The position numbers and the translations under genes are program-made. Source: Vulcanimicrobiota bacterium (GTDB taxonomy: Bacteria; Vulcanimicrobiota; Vulcanimicrobiia; Vulcanimicrobiales; Vulcanimicrobiaceae). Taken from it: a DNA stretch of 64,000 bases. Each line of letters starts with the position of its first letter. Position 1 is the stretch's first letter. Below the pieces are notes generated by a model. It did not search any database and had not been told where the DNA came from. It was given only the letters and a program-made list of their open reading frames with translations. Positions 52,201 to 60,781 of this stretch are shown in pieces. The DNA lies in NCBI GenBank assembly GCA_963777315.1, contig CAVZQC010000002.1:416001-480000 (forward strand), read 5' to 3'.

Positions 52201-52786
52201 ACTCGAGGCACGCCGAGCTTTCCTCAACGAACAGCTCGACGATCTCTCCAAAGCCCGTCAGACGCTCCTGCAGTCGATTCGCGAGATCGAAGAGCAGACC
52301 CAGGCGCGGTTCAACGAAACGTTCGAGCAAGTGTCGCGCGCGTTCAGCGACATGTACGCCAAGCTGTTCGCCGGCGGCCAAGCCAGAATGTGGCAGACCA
52401 ATCCCGAGAACCTCTCCGAAACCGGCATCGAAATTTCGGTGCAGCCGCCCGGGAAAAAATCCATGCCGCTGCCCGCGCTTTCAGGCGGCGAGCGGGCAAT
52501 GACGGCCGCAGCGCTCATCTTCGCGCTCATCAAAGTGCGGCCGTCCCCGTTTTATCTGCTCGACGAAGTCGACGCCGCGCTCGACGATGCGAACGTGGAG
52601 CGCTTCTCGAACATGGTGCGCGAAGTCGCCGGGGGTTCGCAGATGATCATCGTCACGCACAACAAGCAGACGATGGAATTGGCGGACCGGATGTACGGCG
52701 TTACGATGGGCGAGGCCGGCGTGAGTTCGGTCATTTCCGCCGAGCTGTCGCGCGCCGATCGCCCGCGGGAACCGGCGATTGCCTGA
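49217..52786 (+). CDS. smc: Chromosome segregation protein SMC
   Basis: GFKTF, GPNGSGKSN, hinge GRATFLPL, LSGGE, LDEVDAALD. Confidence 0.97.
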   Translation: MHLKRIKTFGFKTFADPTTLEFGEGITAIVGPNGSGKSNLIDAFRWVLGEQSSKSLRSGKMEDVIFAGNEKRKPLGLSEVSITFDNADRTLPTDFSEVEITRRAYRAGEIEYYINRGQCRLRDILDLLVGTGLGPGSYSIVSQGQIDAILASKPVDRRALFEETAGINRFLARKNESMRRLEQTEQNAIRINDLIAELDRRIPELDTQVRRAKRYRKLAARVRDLEILSYVRAGASRRRERETLLAQLDRNEEARSAAAAKAASLSARLADTRTCAYRQELAAEELRTQSQAVRSELSAKEADYAGALARREALEAQNTQTSQDAQRVAREREELQRTIAELEARIEPLQSRLAQARESELQAQAALADARGRLESIFTQLREVESAASAVAARKAERRVQSENARAEAERLESETHAAIARAEQLQIDAGAAAQRFAQREAELARLEDQSLRTRAQMEERDRELARAQSELARATNEHREHFSQVAAAQSRLHTIEELENALEGHVPGTRAIVEAWQRAELHGIEGIVSNLIATDEQYARAMDVAFGARLSNIVTLTSEDAERAVNYLTNKELGRATFLPLDTLRDRAGKELSPELRGVPGVIGYAHTLVRTQAQYESIVRFLVGAVLIVDTLATGIVLARSRGLRDTIVTLSGEQITGGGAITGGRHQRERSILSRRAQARTLRERLEDMREQLKRFEAAVDAATAAAQQAARAKEDAVQSLGAAEITLTEVRAEMLAVNVEAERMQEELQTVRASGADLRERARQARRREQDLQGAAPEEMQSDDDRERLERELVQARDAIAHAERLQTQAAASAGDLRERSAALTAERDGALARLGIIDQDTERAGAARERMAAEIAGLAERTRDAQRELEALRERLQGADAAFAAARREREALTDETTQLESLARSAELEEREAQAGGERHRTRLAEIEAELGMLVAQFAQNPATDPECREVEERYRDQPQEVTGDLPRLREDLGRLSNVNLNAEADREELEARRAFLNEQLDDLSKARQTLLQSIREIEEQTQARFNETFEQVSRAFSDMYAKLFAGGQARMWQTNPENLSETGIEISVQPPGKKSMPLPALSGGERAMTAAALIFALIKVRPSPFYLLDEVDAALDDANVERFSNMVREVAGGSQMIIVTHNKQTMELADRMYGVTMGEAGVSSVISAELSRADRPREPAIA

Positions 52787-54341
52787 GGCGGCGCTTTTTT
52801 CGCTGACGGACAAGACCGGCGCGGAAGAGATAGCGCGCGCGCTCGCCCAGCGCGGCACGGCGATCTATGCCACCGGCGGCACGCGAGCGTTCTTGCAAGA
52901 GCACGGCGTTCCAACGCACGACGTGCAGGAGCTCACCGGATTTCCACCGCTGTTCGGCGGGCGAGTCAAAACGCTGCATCCCAAAGTCTTCGGAGCCATC
53001 CTTTACGATCGCAACGATCCCGCCCATCACGACCAAGCGGAAACTTACGTCATCGCCGATCTGCGCGTGCTCGTAGTCAACCTCTATCCGTTCGAGTCGA
53101 CGGTCGCAGCGCAGGGCGTTACGCCCGCTCAGGCGATGGAACAGATCGACGTGGGCGGCGTTGCGCTGCTTCGCGCGGGCGCGAAGAACTTCGAGCACGT
53201 GACGGTGCTCAGCCATCCCAGCCAGTACGCTGCGTTTCGCGCTGCTCTCCCCCAAGGAGGTTTGGACGTGCACGCGCGCCGGCGTCTTGCCGTGGCCGCA
53301 TTCGAGCGCACGGCAGAATATGATGCGGCGATCGCGCACTATTTGGCCGCCCGCGGCGAACTGCTGCCGAGCGAGCTTCCCGGCGCCCTGACGCTGACGA
53401 TGCCGCTGGCGCAGCCGCTGCGCTACGGCGAAAACCCGCAATTGCGGGCGGCATTCTATTTGCGCCGCGGACGGAATCTGCCCGAGCAATTGCACGGCAA
53501 GGCGCTTTCGTACAACAACCTGCTCGATCTGGATGCGACACTTCGTCTGCTCTCACGCGCGCCGCTGGGCGCGCAGATCGGCTCGCAGCCCGAGCGCTTC
53601 GTACGCGCCGCGATCGTCAAGCACACCGTTCCATGCGGCGTGGCGCAGCGTTCGAGTGTGGCCAAAGCGGTCTGCGATGCGCTCGAGGCGGATCCGATCT
53701 CGGCTTTCGGCGGCATCGTCGCGGTCGATGCGCCGATCGATGGGGAAACCGCGCGCGTGCTTTCGCCGTTTTTTTTGGAGATCGTCGCAGCGCCGGGTTT
53801 CGATGCCGATGCTCTGGAGGTACTGCAGGCAAAAAAAAACTTGCGGATCATGCGCTATCCCGCCGATTTGCCCGACCGCCTGCAGGGCGAGCTGCAGCTG
53901 CGCAGTGCGCTGGGCGGCGTGCTTGCCGAAGAAGAAGACCGGCGCTTTGCATCCGAATCGTGGCGCGTGGTCGGCAAACGCCTGCCGCTCGCGCAGGAGT
54001 GGCACGATCTGGCGTTCGCGTGGGACGTCGTTCGTCACGTCAAGAGCAACGGCGTCGTCATCGCCAAGGGCGGCGCGACTCGGGGAATCTGCGCGGGGCA
54101 AACCAACCGCGTGAGCGCCGTGAAGATCGCCGGCGCGCGTGCGGGCGAGCATGCCGCAGGCGCGGCCTGTGCCAGCGACGGCTTTTTCCCGTTTCCCGAC
54201 GGTCTGGAAGCGGCGGCGCAGGCCGGCTGCAGTGCAATCATCGCGCCCGAAGGTTCGGTGCGCGATCGGGAAGTGATCGCCGCGGCGGATCGCTGCAACG
54301 TTTCGCTGGTTTTTTCCACGCATCGATATTTTTTGCATTAG
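52779..54341 (+). CDS. purH: Bifunctional AICAR transformylase/IMP cyclohydrolase
   Basis: GRVKTLHP, IDVGG, LRYGENP, SYNN, KSNG, ASDGFFPF, GS.RD, RYFLH. Confidence 0.95.
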   Translation: MPEAALFSLTDKTGAEEIARALAQRGTAIYATGGTRAFLQEHGVPTHDVQELTGFPPLFGGRVKTLHPKVFGAILYDRNDPAHHDQAETYVIADLRVLVVNLYPFESTVAAQGVTPAQAMEQIDVGGVALLRAGAKNFEHVTVLSHPSQYAAFRAALPQGGLDVHARRRLAVAAFERTAEYDAAIAHYLAARGELLPSELPGALTLTMPLAQPLRYGENPQLRAAFYLRRGRNLPEQLHGKALSYNNLLDLDATLRLLSRAPLGAQIGSQPERFVRAAIVKHTVPCGVAQRSSVAKAVCDALEADPISAFGGIVAVDAPIDGETARVLSPFFLEIVAAPGFDADALEVLQAKKNLRIMRYPADLPDRLQGELQLRSALGGVLAEEEDRRFASESWRVVGKRLPLAQEWHDLAFAWDVVRHVKSNGVVIAKGGATRGICAGQTNRVSAVKIAGARAGEHAAGAACASDGFFPFPDGLEAAAQAGCSAIIAPEGSVRDREVIAAADRCNVSLVFSTHRYFLH

Positions 54342-54357
54342 AATTTTTTGCACTAGA
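54328..54357 (+). repeat. 15-bp tandem duplication of purH 3' end
   Basis: attttttgcattaga / attttttgcactaga. Confidence 0.8.
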
Positions 54358-54370
54358 ACGGAGGCAAGCG

Positions 54371-54763
54371 ATGCCGCGGTATCTTCACACTTCGATCTTC
54401 GTCGACGATATGCAGCAATCGATCGACTTTTACACCGGGAAGCTGGGCCTGCGCCTGCTCGATGGACCGTTCCACTATCCGGGCAACGCCGACATGGCGT
54501 TTGTCGGCGCGGACTGGAACGCCTACATCGAACTCGTCTACGATCTGGAAGCGCATCCGCCGTACGAAACGGGAAATCGCTACGAGCATTTAGCGATTGA
54601 AGTGGAGGGCGACCTGGCAGCCTATGTCGCGCGACTAAAAGCTGCGGGCGTCAAAGTCCTGCAGGACGTCAAACGCTCGCCGGGTGGTACTCGCGCCATT
54701 GCGTTCGTCCAAGATCCCAACGGCATTCCCGTCGAACTGCTCGAACCGCGGTCGGAACACTAG
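54371..54763 (+). CDS. VOC family protein (glyoxalase I-like)
   Basis: SD GGAGG; YLHT..V.D...SIDFY, IEL, HLAI, FVQDPNG..EL. Confidence 0.9.
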   Translation: MPRYLHTSIFVDDMQQSIDFYTGKLGLRLLDGPFHYPGNADMAFVGADWNAYIELVYDLEAHPPYETGNRYEHLAIEVEGDLAAYVARLKAAGVKVLQDVKRSPGGTRAIAFVQDPNGIPVELLEPRSEH

Positions 54764-55833
54764 CGGTAAACGAACGGATCGGCGGGCGGCGCGATGCGCT
54801 CGATCCGCCGCACGTGCAGACGTAAGCCGTCCGGCGCCTGCACGAGAACGCCTTGCGCGCGAATCCATCCGCGCAGCCACGGTGCGCTGCGTTCCAGGCG
54901 CACGACCACGGGCGCAGCGTCCGCACGACAGCAGGTGATTGCAAAGCGCACCAGCGTAGTGGCGCTGCCGGTTTGGGTAGCCAGTCCGGTAAAGTCCATC
55001 GGCTCGCCGGCGAAGGCCTGGTCGAGTGAGGTTTCCGTCGCGTGATATTGGGGCGGCGGCGCGCACAGTATAACGCCGGCCAGCATGATCGCGGGCGCGA
55101 TGCGCAATCGGATCGATCGGCGGTCGCGATACTTGCACGCAAAGGACGCACATGCAATCGCGCAGGGCCATAGAGCTGCGGCAATGGCCGGATGCACCAG
55201 CCCTGCGCCGCCGCGCGCAGCGGCCAGAGCGCAGGCCAAGGCCGCGATCATGTATCCCAGCGCATCGTGCAGACCGGCGCCGTCGTTTGCAGAGCGCGTC
55301 CAGACTCGAAGATCCGCGATGCCGGCAACGCACAAAAAGCCCGCCGCCGTTGCCGGGAGCGTGCCGCGCATTGCGGCAGCCAATCCTATCGTTCCTAAAC
55401 CACACGGCGCGAGAAAGAATCCAGCAACGGCGCCTGCGGCAAACGCCGTGCCGGATGACGTCCGTGCGGCAAGCAGCACGCTTGCGAGTAGCGCAGCGAC
55501 GCCGCCGATGCACGCCGGAACGGTCAGCGCCGACAATTGCGAGAGGACCGATGTTTCCCGGTGCTCGCAGAGCCGCGTTCGCGCAGCAATCCGCTCGACG
55601 ATGAGTGCTGCGGCAAACCTTGCGCCTGCGATAAACGGTCCGAAGATCAGCACCGTCGCCGCGGCGGCCGGAAGTGAACGCGCAGACGGTCCCGCCCCAC
55701 ACCCGCATCCCAGGTACGGGACCATCCACGGGCTCTGCCGTAGCGGCATGCGTGCGAGCACCGCTGCGGCAACAACGAACGGCGCACTTTCGAGCAGCGT
55801 CGCTGCCGACGTAACCAGCCACGCCGTGACCAC
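54760..55833 (-). CDS. Membrane protein: permease-like N-terminus fused to DUF1980 (YcgQ)-like C-terminus
   Basis: LLESAPF, GCGC, APC; RFAITCCRADA, W...QG, PADPFVY; start GTG inferred. Confidence 0.7.
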   Translation of the reverse strand: MVTAWLVTSAATLLESAPFVVAAAVLARMPLRQSPWMVPYLGCGCGAGPSARSLPAAAATVLIFGPFIAGARFAAALIVERIAARTRLCEHRETSVLSQLSALTVPACIGGVAALLASVLLAARTSSGTAFAAGAVAGFFLAPCGLGTIGLAAAMRGTLPATAAGFLCVAGIADLRVWTRSANDGAGLHDALGYMIAALACALAAARGGAGLVHPAIAAALWPCAIACASFACKYRDRRSIRLRIAPAIMLAGVILCAPPPQYHATETSLDQAFAGEPMDFTGLATQTGSATTLVRFAITCCRADAAPVVVRLERSAPWLRGWIRAQGVLVQAPDGLRLHVRRIERIAPPADPFVYR

Positions 55834-55892
55834 GCCGCATCCATCACACGCAATGTCCCGTTTCACTAGGGCGTAGGCGTTTGTGTATGCTG

Positions 55893-55919
55893 TGAAACAA
55901 AAGTTGTAGGTCGGCCGTA
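55893..55919 (+). promoter_or_regulatory. ECF sigma-type promoter
   Basis: TGAAAC-N17-CGTA. Confidence 0.55.
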
Positions 55920-55987
55920 TAAGGCGGTGTAGAGTAACCGATGGAACGCGAAAGCGCTCCACAACCAACGATAAAGGATTTATTACC

Positions 55988-56155
55988 GTGAAACCCGCTG
56001 CGAAGCCGCAAGCGAAAACTGAAAAACCTGAGCAAGCCCCGCGTCCGACGATCGCGCTGCAGAACGTCATCGTCACCGCGCCGGATACTGCCGCATTCAG
56101 CGGATGGGGTCCGAAGGTCGCCGGCGCCGGGAGCATCGTCAAAAACTGGAATTGA
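55988..56155 (+). CDS. 55-aa small protein (below ORF-track cutoff)
   Basis: SD AAAGGA plus GTG; MKPAAKPQAKTEKPEQAPRPTIALQNVIVTAPDTAAFSGWGPKVAGAGSIVKNWN. Confidence 0.65.
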   Translation: MKPAAKPQAKTEKPEQAPRPTIALQNVIVTAPDTAAFSGWGPKVAGAGSIVKNWN

Positions 56156-56168
56156 GCGAGATTTAAGG

Positions 56169-56306
56169 TTTCATCCGTATGATTCGACCTGCGGATGGAA
56201 AATGGGCACAGTCGTCCTCCACCGACGTGCCCATTCGACACCCTACCTCGTAGAGTGCAGCAAGACGGGTTGGCGATGACTCCACCATCGCCAACCCAAT
56301 TTTTTT
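56169..56306 (+). ncRNA. Candidate structured sRNA/3'UTR with C-rich loops ending in an intrinsic terminator
   Basis: Hairpins 56169-56200, 56201-56235 (loop UCCUCCAC), weak 56239-56257, 56267-56297 (12 bp, loop ACUCCAC) plus U-run. Confidence 0.6.
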
Positions 56307-57281
56307 CAGCTCACGTACGGTTCGTACGGCAGAACCGGCTCGAGGATGCGATTGACTTCATCGAAAACCGCAGAATCGAGACTCAGATCGCCGGCGCTCA
56401 CGTTATCCTCAACATGTTCGACTTTCGTCGCACCGACGATGACGCTCGTGACGGCCGGCTGGCGCAAACACCACGCCAGTGCGAGTTGAGCGAGCGAACA
56501 GCCGGACTGCTCCGCCAATGGTTTGAGTTGCCCGACGGCATCGAGCACCGGCTGAGTGAAGTAATCTTCCATCATGTCCGCTCCGCTGCCGGCTGCGCGC
56601 GTTCCGGCCGGTGGGCGTTTGACGTCCGTGTATTTGCCGGTAAGGATGCCCATGGCGAGCGGCGACCAGACGACGTTGCCCAAGCCGTATGCCGCGCACG
56701 TTGGAAGCACGCGCTGCTCGATGCGCCGCCAAAGCGCGCTGTACTGCGGCTGATTGCTCACCGGCACTGCCCATCCGCGCGCACGGCATAGCGTGACCGC
56801 GCCGGCGATTTGATCCGCGTTCCACTCCGAAACGCCCCAGTAGAGAATCTTGCCTGCCCGCACGAAGTCGTTCATGATCTCGCAGATCTCTTCCAGCGGC
56901 GTTTGCGTGTCGTAACGGTGACATTGATACAGATCGACGTACTCTACCCGAAGCCGGCGCAGCGAATGATGGAGCTGGTCGCGAACGTGCTTGCGCGATA
57001 GGCCGCGTTCGGTAACGGAATCGCCCATCGGAAAATAGACCTTCGTTGCCAGAACGAGCGCATCGCGGTTCAAGTCTTTGAGAATCGGGCCCAACACCTC
57101 TTCGGCCGCGCCGCGGGCGTAGACATTCGCGGTGTCGATGAAGTTCACGCCGCGTTCCCACGCGCGCATCACGCAATCGCGGGCAGTCTGCGCGCCGACG
57201 TTGCCGCCGTAAGTCAGCCAAGATCCCAAACCCACTACGGAGAGCTCGAAGGCCGGAGTGTCCCAGACTGCGGTACTGCAC
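56306..57281 (-). CDS. Aldo/keto reductase (Kv-beta-like); +1 frameshift near 57250
   Basis: MQYRSLGHSGL in one frame, LSVVGLGSWLT, DTANVY, ATKV, GLSRKH in the next. Confidence 0.88.
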
Positions 57282-57291
57282 GAAAAACCCC

Positions 57292-58131
57292 CTAAGGTAC
57301 GACGATATTTACGGCCTGCGGAAGCACGCGGAACGTTGCCGGCGTCATGCCGGCGGGTTCGCCGTCGCCTGCGATGTGGTGCGCGCGGCGAGTGCGAATT
57401 GTGAACGAGGTTGCACGCCGCGTGCGCAAGCCCTTTCCCGTGGTCGGATCGCGCCGAGCGATCCGGCTTATCAGGGCGATCCCTTGCAGCCAGTTCTGCA
57501 CCTCGATGCTGTACAGGTCGAGCAATCCGTCGTCGATTGCGGCGTCCCGGCGTTCGAAGATGCCGCCGAAGCGCGCGTTGTTGGCAACGGTAAGCTGCAC
57601 GCTGTGAAAGATTTCCGTCGTTCCGCCGTACTGCAGCTCCACTCTGAACGGCCGCGCTTGCGCCAACGATTGCAAGGTCGTTGAAATGACTCCGAGCGCG
57701 CCGAAGCGGCGCTTGACCGAAGTCGTTTGCCGCCGGGCGACCCGCGTGGAGAGCCCAACGCTGGCTTCATTGACGAAATAGACGCCGTTTACGGTGCCCA
57801 CGTCGATGCATCGCGTTCGTCCGGCTGCAATGGCGGCGCATGCATCGCCGACGTTCGCGGGCACGCCGAGCGTCTTGGCAAGATCGTTGAACGTACCCAG
57901 CGGCACGATCCCCAGCGGTACTTTGCGCGCTATCGCTAACGGTATCGTGCGCACGACCGTTCCGTCACCGCCTGCGGCAACGACTACGTCGAAATCTGGG
58001 CCTTCAAGGCTGCCTCGGCTATCGATTCCGGCAAACGCGAGCGTGCGGCGCACCAGATCCGCGTCCCGAGCGCCGTATCGCGATTTTTCATTGACGATCA
58101 GAAGGGCCCGCACTTCCGGCTCTTTGCCCAT
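57292..58131 (-). CDS. YegS/BmrU family lipid kinase
   Basis: IVN.KS, GGDGT, PLGTFNDLA, NEASVG, DDGLLD, DGE. Confidence 0.9.
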   Translation of the reverse strand: MGKEPEVRALLIVNEKSRYGARDADLVRRTLAFAGIDSRGSLEGPDFDVVVAAGGDGTVVRTIPLAIARKVPLGIVPLGTFNDLAKTLGVPANVGDACAAIAAGRTRCIDVGTVNGVYFVNEASVGLSTRVARRQTTSVKRRFGALGVISTTLQSLAQARPFRVELQYGGTTEIFHSVQLTVANNARFGGIFERRDAAIDDGLLDLYSIEVQNWLQGIALISRIARRDPTTGKGLRTRRATSFTIRTRRAHHIAGDGEPAGMTPATFRVLPQAVNIVVP

Positions 58132-58152
58132 CCAATGCCGCCGTCAAGACGG

Positions 58153-58929
58153 CTAGCCGAAAGCTGCTTCGCGCTCGAGATTCGGGAGAATGCTCATGCC
58201 GTTGAGCCGAATGTAGCCCAGCGTTTCGTAGAGATCGGATTGACGATCGAAATGGTCGAGCAGCTGCGCGATGCGGGGATGCATCGCGCGGTGCGCCAGC
58301 ACGTAACCGCAGGTCCACAGGTCGTAAGCGCCGCGCAAAACGCTTTCGTTTTGCGGCCCTACGCCGTCTATCGACAGCAGAGTGACGTCTAAGCCGCGAG
58401 CCGCGGGCAGCGCGACGTAAGCAATCGCACCGGGTACGCGCTGCACGGCCAGTGCCGCCGACCGGTTGCAGCCGGCGGTTTTCGCCCTCGCGACGGACTG
58501 GTTGCAAAGCACCTTTTGCTCGACGATGCTGCGCACTCCCGAAGAAGTGTCGCGGTTCACCAGCACGATGGGGAGATCGGAGCCTCCCAGTTGCGACCAG
58601 TTGCTCGCGCGGCCCAGCAGCACGCGACCCAATTGCGCTCGCGTGAGTGCCCTCACGCCGGATTGCGGATGGGCGATGAACGCAATCGAAAAAGCGGCAA
58701 TCGGGTACGAGATCGCATCGCGAGCCGAATCGTCGAACTGCACGTCGGTGAACGCAGCGTCGATCGATCCGTTGAGCACGTCGGCCACGCCGTGCCACGA
58801 ACCTTCACCGCGCACGGATATTTCCAACCCTTCAGGGCGGTCGACCAATTCGGCCAGTCCGCGTACCGCCAGGGGCGCCATAGCCGTGGAACCGCCGAGC
58901 GTTATGCGGCTGTGTTTGATCGAAAGCAT
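58153..58929 (-). CDS. PstS-like substrate-binding-domain protein without signal peptide
   Basis: GGSTAMAPL, GS..G, NWSQLGG, R...SG.R, PGAIAY. Confidence 0.8.
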   Translation of the reverse strand: MLSIKHSRITLGGSTAMAPLAVRGLAELVDRPEGLEISVRGEGSWHGVADVLNGSIDAAFTDVQFDDSARDAISYPIAAFSIAFIAHPQSGVRALTRAQLGRVLLGRASNWSQLGGSDLPIVLVNRDTSSGVRSIVEQKVLCNQSVARAKTAGCNRSAALAVQRVPGAIAYVALPAARGLDVTLLSIDGVGPQNESVLRGAYDLWTCGYVLAHRAMHPRIAQLLDHFDRQSDLYETLGYIRLNGMSILPNLEREAAFG

Positions 58930-59041
58930 GCCCTGACTATCACGCACGATGGTCAAGAAATGGTCGGCGCTGCACGTCGCCGGCTTGATGCTTTCTTGAC
59001 GATGCCCTGCGAGAATGAGCCGGTGCCGCATAGCGAGCGGC

Positions 59042-59386
59042 ATGAAAGAGGATACCGACGTGCTGTGCATCTCGCCCTTTGCGCATCAGATCGTTCGCCT
59101 GTCCGGCGATCTGGATTTTGCGTCTCGAGCAGCGACCGAGCGCTCCCTGCGCGATGCGGACGCCGACGTCGTCGTGCTTGATCTGACCGACGTGCGCTAT
59201 TTGGACGCGGGCGCCTTAGGCTGTTTCGTCGGGTTGAAAAAGCGTCTGCGCGAACGCGGACGCTTGGGAATCGTGCGCGTCGTCGCCCCGGATCTCAAAT
59301 TGCGCCGCCTGTTTGCGATCACCGGCCTCGCGCGAGTGTTCGACGTGTGCGAATCGCTGGACAAGCTCTCTTCGGCTGCATCGTAA
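59042..59386 (+). CDS. STAS domain protein (anti-anti-sigma-like)
   Basis: LSGDLD, VLDLTDVRYLDAGALG, RLFAITGL..VF. Confidence 0.85.
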   Translation: MKEDTDVLCISPFAHQIVRLSGDLDFASRAATERSLRDADADVVVLDLTDVRYLDAGALGCFVGLKKRLRERGRLGIVRVVAPDLKLRRLFAITGLARVFDVCESLDKLSSAAS

Positions 59387-59390
59387 GCAC

Positions 59391-59573
59391 ATGTTCGGAG
59401 CGACAGGGCATCCTTACCACATTCAGGCATTTGCATTTTTCGCATCGTTGATTCCGTTCGTCGCTTTATTCGCGGTCATGATTGCCTCTACGCATTTTGG
59501 GCGTCGCGGCGCCGCGCGGCAGTCTGCGATCGAAAGGCCGTGTGACGATCTAAAGCAACGGCGCCCCGCGTGA
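59391..59573 (+). CDS. Possible small single-TM protein
   Basis: ATG 4 nt after STAS stop; AFAFFASLIPFVALFAVMIA followed by basic tail. Confidence 0.35.
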   Translation: MFGATGHPYHIQAFAFFASLIPFVALFAVMIASTHFGRRGAARQSAIERPCDDLKQRRPA

Positions 59574-59590
59574 GCGAATAACGCTCGCGA

Positions 59591-60760
59591 ATGGAAGGAC
59601 TGCAACTGGGCGTCGCGACGGTGGTGGGTCTGCTGGCCGTTGCCATGGTCGTGGGAATACTTGCAGAGCGCTTGCGCATACCGTACAGCGTCGCGCTGCT
59701 GCTCGCATCGGTTCCCTTTCAGATCCGTGCCGCCCAAACGCACTTTGCGCCCTCCCTGCTGTTCGTGTTTTTGCCGGCTCTGGTCTTCGAGGCGGCTTGG
59801 AACGTCGACCGTTCCGCCTTGCTGCGGCATTGGTTCGCAGTTGCCGTGCTGGCGCTTCCGGGCGTCATCATCACGGCGCTTTTTACCGGCGCGGGCCTGT
59901 ATGCGGCCGGACTGCTTCCGCTGCATCCCGCATTGCTGCTGGGCGCCATACTTGCCGCTACGGATCCAATTGCCGTGATACCCGTATTGCGCCGTGCGTC
60001 CGTGCCGGCCAATCTTGCAGCGGTCATCGAAGGCGAATCGCTCTTCAACGACGGGGTCGCGATCGTCTTGTACGGCGTGTTTGTGGCGATGATGGTAGCG
60101 CGTTCCAGCCTTGCGCCGTTGCCCATTGCAGCGCACGCGCTGACCGTTTCGATCGCCGGCGCGGGAATCGGCGTTGCATGCGCGCTGCTGGCAGCTGCGG
60201 CACTGCTCGGGACGCGCAACGTATTGCTGAAAATCGTCGCCACCATAGTAGCGGGCTACGGCGCTTACCTCATCGCGGACCGGCTCAATTTTTCCGGCAT
60301 CTTCGCGGCGGTCGCGGCCGGCATTGCCTTGCAGCGATTCGAGCGCGATCCCGCTACGGGAGAAAACGACGACGCGGTCACGTTTTTTTGGGGAGCGCTC
60401 GCCTTCGTCGCGAACTCGCTGGTGTTTTTGCTGATGGGGCTGCGCATAGAGCTCGCGCGCCTAGCGCACAGCGCTCTTCTCATCGTGCTGACCCTTGCCC
60501 TTATTGCGGCGGCTCGGGTGTTTCTGTCGTACGTGGTGCTTCCGCTGGCCGGCGCGGTAAAACGACGGGCCTGGCAGCACGCAATTGCGTTATCGGGAAT
60601 GCGAGGCGCGCTCTCCGTCGCGCTCGTACTGGCGCTCCCGCCGAGCCTGGCTCACCGCAGCGACTTGGTCGAAGCGGTCTACGGGACGGTCCTCATCAGT
60701 CTGGTGGTACAGGGCTTGGCCGTTGGGCCGGTCCTTCGCCGGTTGGCGCTGCAGAAGTGA
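59591..60760 (+). CDS. CPA1 Na+/H+ antiporter
   Basis: FLPALVFEA, ATDPIAV, EGESLFND, GMRGALS. Confidence 0.92.
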   Translation: MEGLQLGVATVVGLLAVAMVVGILAERLRIPYSVALLLASVPFQIRAAQTHFAPSLLFVFLPALVFEAAWNVDRSALLRHWFAVAVLALPGVIITALFTGAGLYAAGLLPLHPALLLGAILAATDPIAVIPVLRRASVPANLAAVIEGESLFNDGVAIVLYGVFVAMMVARSSLAPLPIAAHALTVSIAGAGIGVACALLAAAALLGTRNVLLKIVATIVAGYGAYLIADRLNFSGIFAAVAAGIALQRFERDPATGENDDAVTFFWGALAFVANSLVFLLMGLRIELARLAHSALLIVLTLALIAAARVFLSYVVLPLAGAVKRRAWQHAIALSGMRGALSVALVLALPPSLAHRSDLVEAVYGTVLISLVVQGLAVGPVLRRLALQK

Positions 60761-60781
60761 ACCGCGCCATGCGGCGCGTGA

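Noticed and set aside
53831..53839. A9 run in purH
   Set aside because: Frame intact in a housekeeping gene
55834..56241. N-terminal extension of the 54760-56241 ORF
   Set aside because: Not protein-like; better explained by the + strand promoter, small ORF and hairpins
12871..57250. Programmed frameshifting or phase variation
   Set aside because: No slippery heptamers or long homopolymers at the break points
59390..59590. Fluoride or Na+ riboswitch before the antiporter
   Set aside because: No consensus recognised; only a short hairpin at 59570-59588
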